DNA of 63,313 bases, the filler included, from Phoronis australis (lineage: Eukaryota; Animalia; Phoronida), in NCBI GenBank assembly GCA_002633005.1. It is 6 parts of 6 records of this genome, joined end to end, with 100 filler letters (N's around TTAATTAATTAA, not from the genome) between each part and the next. Parts side by side here need not be neighbours in the genome. Positions count along the whole stretch, not along the records: positions 24,000 to 26,303 come from NMRA01003748.1; positions 26,404 to 31,393 come from NMRA01002445.1; positions 31,494 to 46,531 come from NMRA01000259.1; 3 more parts are not named here. One strand, 5' to 3'. Both the position numbers and the translations under genes were made by a program. This document shows, piece after piece, positions 24,000 through 38,226 of this stretch. Each line of letters begins with the position of its first letter. Position 1 is the stretch's first letter. The notes beneath the pieces are model-generated. The model saw only the letters and a list, made by a program, of their open reading frames with translations, was not told the origin of the DNA and made no database searches.

Positions 24000-24740
24000 A
24001 GCCCGTTCAAAGTTCTATCTAAAGTGATGGTATCGCCTAATTCCGTAAATTTTTCGAAAAAAAATGAAATTTTGCTTATTTTTTAAGAAATTCAAAGTCA
24101 AATAACTCGAAAACGGTAAGTCTGAGAAAAAAATTGAAAGAGTATACCTTAGAGAATCCACATGCAAAAATTCACGTCTTTTCCCTCACCCGTTTAAATA
24201 GCATCTACGTACGACTGAAAATAGGTCAACATGCACAAGATCCGCCATCTTGAATGCAACTTCCGGTTTTTTGGGTTGATATAATAGCATTTCACAAAAA
24301 ACTAATATCCGTAAAACTTCAAAGGAATTGGCCTTATAGTGCGCCGTCTACAGGAGAAAACGTTTTTAGGCCAAAATTGAGGTGCGCATGCGCGATCGCC
24401 GATATTTCCGCCATCTTTAATCGGAAGTAAACTATTTCCCATATGCTTGTAGCAAACTTCCGGTCCACTTACTGTGCCGATTCTTAGCCTTTTACGTAAA
24501 AAATTGTAGCCTCCAGAAGCATTTGAACCTTTAAATGAAAACAAAATGGCCGCCACAGCCGCCATCTTGGATCCGATTTTGACGAAAAACAATAGGCTTC
24601 CAGTACTTCCGGAAGTACGTATTATGTGTAAATTTCGTGATGATCGGACGAAAATTGCGACCTGTATCGTGCGAACAAACAAAAANAAAAACTTAGTGGA
24701 AGAGCAATATACTTGGCGAAATTTATTTCGCCAAGTAATA
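24000..24740. mobile_element. Non-autonomous repeat ending in a stem-loop (possibly Helentron/HINE-like)
   Basis: Recurrent CCGCCATCTT motifs and a terminal hairpin TACTTGGCGAAAT-TT-ATTTCGCCAAGTA at ~24709-24736. Confidence 0.4.
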
Positions 24741-27039
24741 AATGACGGCTCCTGCAATGTTATTGCATGTACAGAGTGCAACCCAGAGTTCACTTCCTCA
24801 ATAAAGTTGCACAAGAACACCTGTTGTCAAGAAGCCTCTTTGTCAGGAATGCTGATCTAAGGTCTTTTTTTAGAAATAGAGCTACTACCACATTAGAGAT
24901 GGCTTCACCGCAACAGAACATTGGATATAATAAAATCATAAATTGTGGACTAAAACTGGTATTTTTTCAAGCTGTTTGGCTACTGAAATTAATACAGACC
25001 TGGGGAGTCAAAAAAGTTTAGCAGAACAGGCAGACTCTTAAATTTGTAAAAATCTGACCAGTCGACACTTCTGAAGTCTGGAGAATTGTGTTAGTTTGAA
25101 TGCACTGTCTCTCAGTTCGTAGTACTTACAAGCAAATGGTGGCTTTGTGGTGAAAACTTCAGATTCGGTGTATTTTTGATGATTTGTATAAGTAGCTGAT
25201 TGCACTTCCATTAGTCATAAATGATGGACAATTTGACTTTGGATTCAGTTTCAATATACTTTGTGTTAGGTTTTTGGCATTTTTGTTCCAGTATACTGTT
25301 CATATTTTTCAGCGGTTTTGTACAACCTGCAGAACAGACTGTAGGAGCTGCCAAGAGGCCTGCATGAACTGTCCAGCCCCAAATCAGCAAAACTGTTGGA
25401 TGCCAGCCAACACTGCATCCACGGACATGCCACACAGTGCCCTCTTTAGGCAAACAGAGTGAACTCATGACAGTTCAAAGAGTTGGTGCTGATACAAGAA
25501 CAAGAGCCTCTTGAGTGTTACATCAACACAACTTCTGTGTACCCTTGATGTGACTATCTGTTGTGTGATTCTTACCAGTTGGACTTTGTGAGACAATGTA
25601 CTGCAGTACTACCAAGTCCATGAAATGCTTTGTTACATAACAATTCTGTTAGAAAATTTACCATAACTGAGAGCACTATGAGACATCTGTTTCAGCTTTC
25701 AGGATTCTTGCACACCCGAGGGGAAAGGTGCTAGTAACTTCTGAGACAGCAATTTTTGAATGTTGGTAACCCCCTAATCGCCACCACTTTCACACACCCT
25801 CGGCCCCTGCATGGTTATCAGCATGTCCAAAATGTCCACTGGCAATGCCTCCAGTACTGACACACCTAACTTAAATTTCCAAAGTGTTGCTGTGGTTTCT
25901 TAGATTATTCACGTTCTCTATTGTAACTCACTGCCATCTCTTAGGGCAATACCTTAAGTAATGCAGGAATTGACCATCTTTGTTTGATTCAGGATGTCTT
26001 TCATGCCAACAACTGTACTACGATGACACCTGGCCTACCTAAAAATCCAATGCTCCCTGCTCGTTTGGCAAGTGGCCCATTATGTTGCACACTCCACAGA
26101 ATTAATGAGGCACAGAATACTGGCTGGACAACCCACGAACTCTGCGCAACATTCCGCTAAAATTCACAGGCTAAAAGTCACATTTCTTGTCCGATTTTAA
26201 AAATTCAAAAACCAAACATCTACTTTTCATGAACGATTCAAATATGCTATTTAAAAACTTTCAAATCGAAAATTAAAAAAAAAATCGTGGCCCCCCCCCC
26301 CCCNNNNNNNNNNNNNNNNNNNNNNNNNNNNNNNNNNNNNNNNNNNNTTAATTAATTAANNNNNNNNNNNNNNNNNNNNNNNNNNNNNNNNNNNNNNNNN
26401 NNNAAAATACTATACTAGTGAGCCAAAGTAATGTGCACGTGATTATATTGGTGAATTAGCCACGAAACTGCAAATCTACTTACCCGTCGGGGCCACGAAT
26501 TCAGGTTCCGCTTTATCCGCAGCACCGTCAGCATGCACGCACCCAGCCTTCAATATGGGGGGCTCGAATTTCTGACGTTGTGGACCTTTTGGTAACAAAA
26601 AAGCGGGTGAGCTAAAAAAACGGGGGCACCACTGTGAATTGCGCGATTGTGCTTATTTAGAGGACTTTAGTCTCATATTCTCGGATTTTTGTTTCCCAGA
26701 GGCGGACCTTTTTGCCCACTTCGCCACTTTGCCCTCGTTCGAGCCCCGAGCTCCCTTGGGTGCGCGCATGGTCAGGGCAGAAGTTGTACATTGACAATCA
26801 TTATTTGAATAATGTAAATAAAAATAAAGATTCCCCTAACACCTGGCCGTGAGATGGAAATCGAGTTGTTTCACAACAGTTTCTACCATCGAACACTAAA
26901 TTAGCATGAGCTCACACGGCCTCGGTGTCCCGTAAATTAGTTTTATTGAACCTAAAGCCGGTAACGCCGTGATTTATTCATTGCTGGCTTCTCAAATCAT
27001 TTGCACTCAGGAACACTCCAAAGGCATTACAAATTGTAT

Positions 27040-27715
27040 CTAAGGAGACAGACTTTGTTTCAGTTTCATATAAGCATTGATTAGGATGAGAATAATTCAT
27101 TTTGAAACAGAACGCTCAGTAATAAACGCCAACATGGCAACTCGCAATCCCCCGCAACTTAGACGAGAGCACATCAGTCCCGACGAAGACTTCGCAGGTG
27201 GATCGTTAGGTTTCACAGGCTATCAGTTCGAACAGGAATACAGTAATGAAGAAATACGAAAGAGGCGCCGTGAACAAGCTCAGACAACGGAACGTAGGGA
27301 TAGTTATTTGGCAAGCTGGCATTCGTCAGGCACTCCCGCGGCTGTCGACAACTGCAGACCACAGACAAGGAGATGTTCCACGGCCTCATACTTGCTATTT
27401 ACAGCGTACTTTTCATTCTTCACTCCTGCGATCCACTTCCTAAACATTTCGGACTCTCGAGGAAGTCGTAAAAACGATATACCTGCTTTCCTCGCAGCTG
27501 CATAGTTCACACCAGCGGGAACGATGCACCGCAACATAGCGGCATTCACTCTGCAGATGAACCACTGACGTCGCTAGAGTCGTTTCTCACCTTCCTCACA
27601 AGTTAACGCGACACCTCTTGGCAAGGTAAGGTCGACCGTGTGCGAGGCGATGTGGATATAGACCGATTAAGACGGCAAAAAAGACTAATCAAATCGGGTG
27701 GCATTTATCCTTTAA
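27040..27715. mobile_element. Kolobok-like relic: degenerate THAP (-) overlapping a YQFE-motif ORF start (+)
   Basis: Minus: MLRCIVP...GISFLRLPRE...KWIA...LLVC, a decayed THAP. Plus: GYQFEQEYS. Right end ...TATCCT-TTAA. Left boundary uncertain. Confidence 0.5.
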
Positions 27716-29611
27716 TTCAGTCCAAGTTTTTCAGTGGTCCATAGGCGGTGCACTACAGGGGGGCTGAGGGGGCTTTAGCGCCCACTTTTTTCAGTGCTGC
27801 GCCCTCTATACACCTCCGACATGACACTGCCAACTACTCACGAGGGGAAGTTGAGATTCCAAATTCATCAAAAACACAAAACATTCGTGCACAGCACAGG
27901 AGCTGTCTTGTAAGAAATGGCGATGCGTCACTGAACTTAGTTGAAGGCTGAAGGCTGACTTCCAAAAATTCGATCCATCATCACACGACCATATCGCAAA
28001 GAAGGACACTAAACGATAACAGTGATATTCATGAATGTATTGAATTAAAAACTAGACTAAAGCATGTCATGTTCAAAGCATCCTAGTGCCATTAATATGC
28101 AGTCTTTGGGGACCAAAGTGGTGTCATTTTATAGCTACACAGTTAAGCTTTCAAACACAATGCTTGGATTTCAGACGCCTTTAACATTTACTTTTGAAAT
28201 CACTTTTGAAAACACGTTAAAATGCGCTAAAACAGTTGTCCCTTCCTGGTTATCTGTTCCTGCTTACAGTGATGGAGTTCGCGTTCCTTCCTTCACCAAG
28301 TCAAGTCAAAGGCAATGCATACATGCGCCATTTTGAATTAGCAATTTTAATATTGGCCAACTCCAACAGACTCTGAAAGGTTTTCTCGAGTTACTAATAG
28401 TTTCCATATACATGTTGGTAACGGAAATGGCGTACCACCACGTCAAGTTATAAAACGAGACAGATTTTGAAAGCAATTCCTAATTCGCCGTTCGTATTTT
28501 AGCCAGCTGAAAAGAGCGAAGTGCACCCTCAACTATTTTTAACGATAATTACAGTGTTTAGAGACTACTCTTGCAATACTATAGCACTGGTGAAAACAAG
28601 ATTTTAGGATAATGTAGTTTCCCGAACTGGCACCAACACACACAGTTCCTTAAATATCCGTGAAATACGTGTACCGACTGTCTACCCATGAAACTGAACC
28701 ACACTTTTCACACGAAAACATCCAGTTCCCGAGATCCCATGATCACAAGAAACTTTCCCACCAAATTGTGATTTTTGTCGGAGGCAACGGTAAGAAAAAG
28801 GTATTTGTAACTCACAGATACTATTGAATTTCCAGCAGGGGAGAAAACTCCCAAGCCAGTCACAAGTGGCAAGATGTTGCTAATTATTCTGCCTTCTATA
28901 ACGAATAATATTCGAAGTTAAAATTCTCTGTGTAAGATCGAGCTTTGTGAAGTGCTTTTAAAAATCTGGTCTCTTGCCCATTTGGTGCTAAGCATAGCCC
29001 TCGAATTTGGACATTTTTGTGATTTGGTCTCACTCTGACTGACAAGAGGATTGAAGGTATTTTTGGAATTCACAGAATTTACCTAAAATTTATGCTCTAA
29101 TATGACCTAGCGTTATATAAAAAATCAATTTTGAAACCACAATTTGCTGAAACTCCCCATGTTTTGTTTAACTAATCCAATGATAATTCAAGATTGGATA
29201 TTACATGTACATGCACGTCCTGTTATTGCAAAAATATGGAGGATGGTTTCCGTTCTTTTACATTTGATCAGTTTTCATCAAAAAGTGTGAGGAAATGTGA
29301 CCTTGGTTAGTTGTGTTAAGCATGTGAGAAATCATGTGAGATGGTTTGAGGTACCACAACAGTTCGAGACTGCGTAAACAACAAAACGTAAAAATTGTTA
29401 TTAAAACTCAAAAACACATGAAAATCAGACTCGGATTTCTGTTGTCAAGGCCAGCTGGTGTGCTAAGTTTCAAAAGATCGGCGATTTTGCATATGTAGCC
29501 CACCATCTGGTTTTTATGTGGAATTGCTCTGAAAGAGTTTCAAATGCATTGATCGTGGCAGCAGCAGCTTCACTTATGAACTCGATGACTGAGTGAAACT
29601 CTTTCTACATA

Positions 29612-29685
29612 CATGGACGGCGCACCATAGGGGGCTGGGGGGGGGGGCTATATCCCCCACTTTTTTCATTGCTGCACCGCCCATG
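29612..29685. mobile_element. 74-bp mini-MITE with 5-bp TSD ACATA
   Basis: CATGGACGGCGCA...TGCACCGCCCATG flanked by ACATA. A related copy lies at ~27740-27810. Confidence 0.75.
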
Positions 29686-31493
29686 ACATAACATGATTAT
29701 CGTTTCAGAAGCTAATCAACACGCTTGCGATACATTCTACGACAACCGTTTGACTATGGCTATAGGAACTAATTGAGAGGTGTCCTGTTTCACTGGAAGA
29801 GTCGGTTACTGGAACTTGTTTATTTTCCATCACAATTACAATTATTCCCTCAAATGAACAAACTCAGGTCTTATGCAAACCATTACAAATTACATTGTTC
29901 AGATCATAAATGATTGAGCTATTGTTTTGCCTTCTATAATGTCACATATGGAACATATCGATTGACTGAAAACTTGGATTAATTAGTTCTTTGATTATTT
30001 CCTGGTATGTCTCAAATAGGGAAGGCAAAAACTAACTAGGTGTCCCATACAATTTGTGCACGGCTGACATCCGATAAAAGATACAATTAGTATGCATTTG
30101 TAATTTGTTAAGTGTACGAACCCCGAGGATTACAAATATTGTAATTCACAGAATTATTGTAGATTAAAACTACATGTAACAATGCATTAACTCAAGTCAT
30201 ATTTAAAAACAGCATCGCGTGTGCGGTTGATTGATCAATTCTCCAGTGGTTGCACACATTCGAGAAAGAAAACCGGGAAACTAGTTTTAAAATAAGGTGG
30301 AACATCTGAGCGCGTTGCTAACGCTTTGAGGCCTATCTCACAATCAGATGAAGGTGATCTTACAAGGAATGTTGATGCGGGGCTTTCTTGCATAGCCCGG
30401 CCACACGCAAATGACCTGAAAAACGCGATATTTTTAAGTTCTAGCCAGTCTGCGATTGTTACTGGTGAACAACGTAACAAAAGTACTCAGCTACCATTGG
30501 AAAACATGACAGACTTTTAAATAGCGCAAACAAGAGCAACGCTGAGTCTTCATGTGCCCACGATTGCAGCGCAAACAGTCGTGCTTCCAGAAGCGTTGTT
30601 CATTAGTATCCAAAATGGACACCAGGTGATGCAAAATACGCCAGATCCATCCCAAAATAAAAAGATGTAATCGCCATCACAACAGAAACATATTTGCCAA
30701 AATTCAATAAATCTGCTTTTTAGTTCTATAGGAGCTCTGAAGATACAGAAACAAATATTGAAATTAAAACTGTAACTAGGGATGCAGCAGCAGTCAGAAC
30801 TGTCCAAAAGTCGTAGGTAGCCGTAGTCACATTTGTAGTTTAACAAAAGTCCAAAATTTCAAAGATCCTTTACTGGAATATGGAAATACGAACACGCACA
30901 AAGACAAAAAGATGCGTCACGGTTGTCACATCGGTTCAAAGATCAACGTTTTCGTAACAGAAACAACTGGTTCGAAAAAACAAAAATAGCCACTAGGTGG
31001 TGCAAAAATACATCAAATTCGTTCGAGAATGGAAGATTGTCGTCATATCCTTAATAGACACCTATTTGGCAAAATTTTACGAAAATCTCGTCTTTGGTGA
31101 AGTCCGAAAATACAGAGGCAAGCGTAAAATGAAACTCTAACTAGTGGACACAGTGGTGATCGAATGGACCTGAAACTCGTTATAATATGCTGTTAGCTCC
31201 ATTGGAACACGTCCGCCAAATTTTACAAAGATCATACAAATGGTTAAGAAAGTACAGCCACAGACGGAACACGCCACTAGGAGGCGCCAAAATAGTCGAA
31301 CCCATAGACGTCTCAATACTGATGTCAATGGTCGAACCCGTCCAAAGCTTCGGCCTTCTCCTCAGAAAAACATATGCCTGCTTTCAAAACGATNNNNNNN
31401 NNNNNNNNNNNNNNNNNNNNNNNNNNNNNNNNNNNNNTTAATTAATTAANNNNNNNNNNNNNNNNNNNNNNNNNNNNNNNNNNNNNNNNNNNN

Positions 31494-31641
31494 TCTAGGG
31501 TAGGCTGTGTGTGGACGGGACAGTGCACGTTGTTCTAAGGTAGGCTGTGTGTGGACGGGACAGTGTGCGTTGTTCTAGGGTAGGCTGTGTGTGGACGGGA
31601 CAGTGCACGTTGTTCTAGGGCAGGCTGTATGTGGACGGGAC
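31494..31641. repeat. 40-bp tandem repeat at contig edge
   Basis: Unit TCTAGGGTAGGCTGTGTGTGGACGGGACAGTGCACGTTGT, ~3.7 copies visible. Confidence 0.9.
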
Positions 31642-34609
31642 TTAATGTTTGACCATGACTATGAAATAAAGTGAAATAGAGACATAAGCATACACACAAA
31701 TTTAGAACTGCTTCACACAACTTCCACAGTACTAGTTAAGTTTTGAATGCTCATTCAGAGAACTAGCGAACTAAATGAAAGTTTGTACTAACTACAGTGA
31801 ATTACACCCCTCCCCAAAGATGAATCAAAGTGGGTCTGACTTGGGGTTGACACAGGTGTATATACGGTGGTCATCTTGGCCACCTATAACACAGACATAA
31901 TTTCATTTTCGACGTGTTTGACCAAACGGCGAGAATTTGAAATACAAGCAAAGTTTTAGAAAGTTGCTTGAAATGACGGCCACTTTCTTAATATTATCCA
32001 CTGGTCAGCTGTCACTCAAACAGATCAGCCATCAATCAGACTAGAAATAAGTTCACTGCAAAAAAAGTGGTTTGGTAGCATATTTTTCAATATTCCTTGT
32101 GCCCAAATAACACTGGTTAGACTTACCAGCAGCAGTAAAAGAAATGTCAACAAAACTTTGAATGAAGACATTTTTGACAGCTCCTATTGGTTGTTGCTTG
32201 TGCGTTTCTAACTTGGATAGATGAATACTCTAGTAGTATTGGTTAGCTTTGGTGCATTTCTCATTGGCATCCGCCAATCAAAATTTAGCTCATTGCCTTA
32301 TAAGGAGTAACACTGGTTGCATTCCATCTGTGGCAAATACTCACTGGGAAAAATTATCAAGTCGTTCACAACTCTTTAGTACTTAGTAGTGCGCGAAGTT
32401 TGCAGTTTCAGGGGGGATAATTCCGAGATTTTGGATAAAATCACAAACACAGCCACGCACTCACAAAAGATGGCTTACACACCCAAAGAGAACGGTTCCA
32501 AGACTGTTATACAGCTCTGGCACCTGTAAACATGCCTTACAGTCACCTCTGAGTCATGCGCGCAACACTTAGTCGTTTTGAGTCTGTGAGCAGTTTCTGG
32601 GTGTGTAAACCATAATTTATGAGTGCGAGGGCCCGTGGTTGTGAGTCAGTGAGTTGAATTTACATGTTTGTGAACTGTTAATTTTTTCGCGTAGTATGTG
32701 TAGGAGACAGGAAAACGTCAGAAAAACCTTGTTTCCCTTAACTAGCCATTATCTTATAAGCAGCTGACTCTTATTACCACAAGAATATAATGTCCAAATT
32801 ACTACAATTTTTCCTACCCAGTGAATTATAGGTCTCTACACAATTATCTAAAAATGAATCATTAACGTACCCAAAGACTTCAAAACATGAAACTCTATTT
32901 AAAAGTCAAATCAAATACAACAACATTAATTTGGTAACAAAGTTTTCATTATAGATTATTGGCAGCAAACAATTTGAAAAATAGGAAAATGACAATTTTG
33001 CCAATTTTATGAGCAAACTAAGCAAAAAATACAGTAACAGACGTTAGGACCGGGGACTGGTTCTGAGCCATTCCGCACACGATGCTGGTAATTTTCAGGA
33101 CAAAATTATCTATGGTATTTTACATGCACAGCATCAGAAAGCCATAATTTATTGTTGACCTGTGCTCAACTTATCTGGACAGCCTAATTGATTTCTGCTG
33201 AGATGAACATAATAAAGGTACTATGCATTCAGATGCAACTTATCTAAAGATTACGGAATTGTGGTAAAAGCATTTTAAATGTCACAATTGAGAGATATGA
33301 TATCGCATGATTTTTTCTAAAGACTTAAACATGTTGAAAATGCCCCCCCCCCCATTACTATTAAAACAACTGAATTGTATATTGTATAATTAGTTTGATG
33401 ACTGGTCAGTCAGCAGGATACATCAACTCAACTACTGAACTATTTAAGTGAAGTACACAAGTACATATTGCCTTAGTGTGGAATCTGGCCCTTTCTCTTT
33501 CGGCCCTTTCACACTAAAATCTACGCTTCAATGATTTGGGGAGTAGTCAGTATAAATGGTTAACTTCAGCCCTGTATCGAAGTAAACAGAACCAGTTAAC
33601 TTCGCACTAAACAGCTGGATTTAACTGAGAAGCGTAGACACTGCGGCACAGTATGAACGGTTCAACTAATGTCGCAGTTTACATAGTCGCTCCATTCACA
33701 CCGGAGTAAAATTATTATTTGTAAAGTACTGCGCCATCATGGAGTTTAGATCCAGTTGGTTGCAAAACTGATAGTGAAAGCTACGCACGTAAAAATAATG
33801 TATAATTCAATTTTTTTCATGAATTCAAATTCACAGAAAAAAGAGCAGGACGTGCAAACGCGGTGTACGGCAAAATAAACTGATTCATGACACAATAGGT
33901 GACACTTGTTTCTTTTTATTTTCAAATAAAAAATAAGTACCACCATAATTTTTAAGATCTACACCACAACTACCATGATTCTGAGACATTGTGGACATTC
34001 AAAACAATGCTTGAAACCTTTGAAAAAGAAAGGTACAATTTAATGGCACTTTTTTGTCCAAGATTGGTGAGATTTCATCATACAACGAGAATGTTTGTAT
34101 TTCGTGGATGGAGAAGCCCAAATAAAAGCTAGAACATAATAGCGTATCCAGTTCCAAGTTACCATTCGCAAGTTCTTGGAGTTTTTTTATTATGACACTA
34201 GCAACATACAAGTGCTTTACAAAAGCTGAATATTTTCGATAAAATACGTCAAGTACATCCAGATCAGTAATACCTGTCAACACAGAGATTATAGGCCATG
34301 CAAGCAGCAGGCCTGACATGTTGTTATCAGTTCAATATTGCATTAAACTGACCTTATTTGAATTTCCAGGGATCAAAACACTATTGATTGTGCCCAGATA
34401 TCACTGCGGCTACAAACAAAGTCTTTTAAGACCTGACCAACCTACAAGAGAGATTTCACGTTAAGTAGCTAAGAAAGGGTTAACACCATCCTTTCACCCC
34501 TTCTCAATCGGTAGCCTAAATTCGATAAATCAACCCCTATAAGCAGTCCTTCCCACACATGCTCTGTATGGATAACCGTCTTCCCTCACCAAGGTTCAGC
34601 TGTTCTTAC

Positions 34610-34768
34610 CTTGTGTTCCAGGATGATACATTGTAGCACCTTGAGACAGGTCTCCACGCCGAGCAACTCCAGGGGGAGATGTAGTGGGAAGTCGACCAGA
34701 GAGAACCGCGTGTGATCCGGCAACGAGAATATCAGGGGCGCTTCGATCTCTTTCGGTAGCAGGGACAG
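34610..34768 (-). CDS. MADD: MADD coding exon 3 (DENN core); later exons not found in window
   Basis: Encodes [53 protein letters not shown], near-identical to the MADD DENN segment. cag/GTAAGA boundaries. Confidence 0.96.
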
Positions 34769-37700
34769 CTGAGGATAAAAAAATCGGATAAATGATCATC
34801 AACGTTTTTTAATATACTCAGTTTGATGACTAACTTCACCCTTTGCCAAAAGGACAGACCACGCCCACGCCCTTCCGTTCTAAGTCCTTTTGCTTTAGTG
34901 CTCTTTACACTACAGAAGTTGACACAGATCAGCTGACACAGAACGAGATGATGGAGCGCAAGTATGTGTGAGACAAAGCAAATTGACACCGTGGTGACAA
35001 GTTTTGTCACCCTTTTGTAAGGTACAGCACCTTATGCCAGATCACCTTGCTCCGTGTCAACTGCATGTCTAAATGTGAAACTGGGGCAAAGGCGGAACCG
35101 AAGGGATCACCTCTACTGCGCTTGCGCAAAAAACGCATACTGCAGGTGATCATTTTCGCGCAAATTTCGGATTTGCCAGTCAGCTGGTCAGTGACTTGTC
35201 TTCTAACTTTAACCCTGACCACCATTTATTCTGTTAGGAAATTGTCAAAATATAGTTAACAGTCAAGACTGGGTTCGATTCAACTGCTTAGTTATGTACA
35301 GTACACCTATTGATGAAAGCGCTAAACAGATGATCAAAAAATCGTTGAAGCAAAACTTAATGTCATGGATTACAGCACACTTGGGGGAATTACAAGCACT
35401 GTAACAACAACAATAGTTATAATGAACTCTGATTCCCGGAATTTGCATCTCTGAACATGAGCACTTCACATTCTTGCCTACAACTTCTGCCTTGCCACTG
35501 TTCCTGGGTTTTGGGTGCAAAAGGCCACTTGACTCCAATCATATTGTGCCGTGTCAGTTGCGCCATGTCAAAAGGTAATGTCTAAACATGACTTTTGGCT
35601 GACTTGCCAGAACAGCAGTGACTTATAAATAATTCAAATCTTTTGTTACACAATAACTACCTGTGCAAAACGTCACTGGTTTTGGTCATTTTTTCTTGAA
35701 GTCTCAGACATAGTACAAAAATGCTTGCAACAATTTGTTTAAGTTTGTTGTGAACCTGCCAAGACCTTTCACATTTTGGTTGTGCTTCGAGTTTCAAAAA
35801 TTAGAAGCACAAATATGCTGATGCAATTTCGATTAAAATTCAAGTTGCCACCTTAAACATCGTTTGTTCCTGACGATGTTATAACTATAAAACCAAACAC
35901 CTGAGAAGTACATTCTTGGAAAGTGGCAATTTTTTGTTTCTTGCAGATGAAAGTCTCGTTACTCAACACAACACATAATGCTCAGTATTGCATGATGAGA
36001 CGAAAATACTTGTGTCATCTCGCCTAACATACAAGATCCCAGCCTACACCTCCCCTAAGTTCGAGGACACCCGTAGAATTAACTACCAATAGGAGACTAA
36101 AATTTACAGAATATAACACTCCATTTTCATTTTCCAATACCTCATCAGTTGTACACCACATGAACACTTTTTTGCTCAACATGGATGATTTAGGAAAGCT
36201 TGTTTTGCATCAATTTAGACTAGAGAGCTCAAGTTTCCAGTTGTTAGAGAAAAACAATCCCTAAAGGGCCAGTTGCGACATCAATAGCAACCTCCAACAT
36301 CAGTTCTTGTGACAAAATACTTGGCTGGGTTGTTAATATTTTTGATGGCCCTCGTGGAAAAGCGGAATATTTTAAAAACAATTCCTCGAACCGTTTTAGA
36401 GGACAGTACATAAAGCAAACAGATCTTGGAGGACAGTACATAAAACATAGAATGGATCTGAAAGTCGCATATGAATCCAATCATCCGGTTGTGAAATATG
36501 GGGTTCAGAAGTTAGCCAAATTTGGACATTTTCTAGAGTCATACGCAACCTTAACATCAACCCATTTCTAAGATGTTCACTTTCAGCTGGGAAGACCAGA
36601 CCAGACCAGCAATGGCTAAGATTGATTCGCACAATGTTTAAACAGTTATGGCCTGCTGTTTGTATAACAACAAGACAACCCAATAACTGTGTAATTGACT
36701 AATTCAGTCAAGTCAACATTATGCGGATAGCAGATCAATTTTTGAGCCAAACCAATACATAGACTGAGCAATTGAGGTAATAAAACTGACGGGAGTAGCA
36801 CAGTAATAGGTTGAAGGTGATCAAAGAATAAATGGGAATGATCTAGTTTCTACGGCAGCATTCCTCATTGGAAAAATTCTAGACCCTGTGGTTCCTTTTC
36901 CGTTGAATCCTTTTTCGCAGCTTTACACAGTACAAGACAAATGCCGTTTTCCCATCATGGCGGCTCATTCAGTTAACAGCAAAAAATTACCGGTTTTATG
37001 GTAAAAATTCCTGAATTTACGACAAAAGCAATTGCTTAAATTGTCATTCTTCTTATCACATTGTTCCAAATGCTCAAAACTAATATACCGTACAAACCAA
37101 GCTAAAAGCAAAATACTTTTTTCTAAAAAGCTATTTTTGTTGAGAAAGTTAACAAAATGAAATTTCACCTGTCCACCATGTTTTGTCCCAAACGGAAGAA
37201 TTTTTACCGTAGCTATTAGGACGACAAATTTCTAATTACAGAATGGCTCAGCCATCTTGCTATCCTGTTCATTCCCCTTCATTCTCGGTCATGAGAGAAG
37301 ATTGGCTTGAAGTTGATTTCAACTTCCGTCCATTCGCAACAGAGCAGCATCTTTGAAATTTTTTATTTTGCCAAGAAACAAAAGTAACATTTCAGCAAGT
37401 AATTATCCAGGCAATATGCCAAGCTGGATAAAAATGCACCAACCACCAAACTTCTGAATGTCAAGAACAGTTCCAAGGAACCACTACTAGTAACACCAAA
37501 CAGTTTATGAATTATGAGCTGGGCAGTGACCTGATCTTCACCAGAACATTACATCACACCACTACCTAGTTTACACCCACACTGCTAACAACTGACTGGT
37601 CACATTCAATTGTTATTTTAACCACAGGCAGATTTCATGAGCAGGGGACCCTATTCTATATAAATTGCTACTTGTGGGATCATTCACATTTGTGCCTCTG

Positions 37701-38084
37701 TTCAAAAGGAGACAGTGACACTTAAACACTGCCATCAGCTAAAGAAAAGATTGCAGCACAATATTTCTTTTGACATACAATACCTATAGAAAGTGAAATT
37801 CATTCAATTTATTAAGGTTAATAACAATCAAGGACAAGACAACCTTTCTCCCTCAGTGGCAATGTGTGTTTTCTCTTACACCCAACAGGAGCCAAAATAA
37901 GATATCTAACTGGTTCAATGTTGGAAGATGGTAGTCTTTAAATTTAGTTTTGTGGGGAAACTGAAGAACATTTTGTGAAGAGCAACACATGGGTCACGGG
38001 GAATTCACCGATTCAATCACTGCATGTTTTTTTTTCAACACCCATAACACACAGTACTAGGATGCTCTAAGACAATTTACGCAC

Positions 38085-38226
38085 CTCGACTCTGGTAGTT
38101 CCTGGAACTGGCACAGGGGCACTGAGTAGGCGGAGTATCCAGGTCTCGATCTCACGGACGTCATGCATGACGAGGGGGGTGATGTTGTCCGAGGACTGAC
38201 CTGTCAGTACGCCCCAGACGGAGTCC
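38085..38226 (-). CDS. MADD: MADD coding exon 2
   Basis: Encodes DSVWGVLTG...VMHDVREIETWILRLLSAPVPVPGTTRVE (cf. human [23 protein letters not shown]). Phase 2 matches exon 1. Confidence 0.95.

Noticed and set aside
24302-24860. 172-aa and 104-aa ORFs
   Set aside because: They lie within a non-coding interspersed repeat, show no recognisable domain and contain an ambiguous base.
25211-26040. Protein-like minus-strand fragments
   Set aside because: Multiple stops and no motif I can assign; not MADD or SLC16 sequence.
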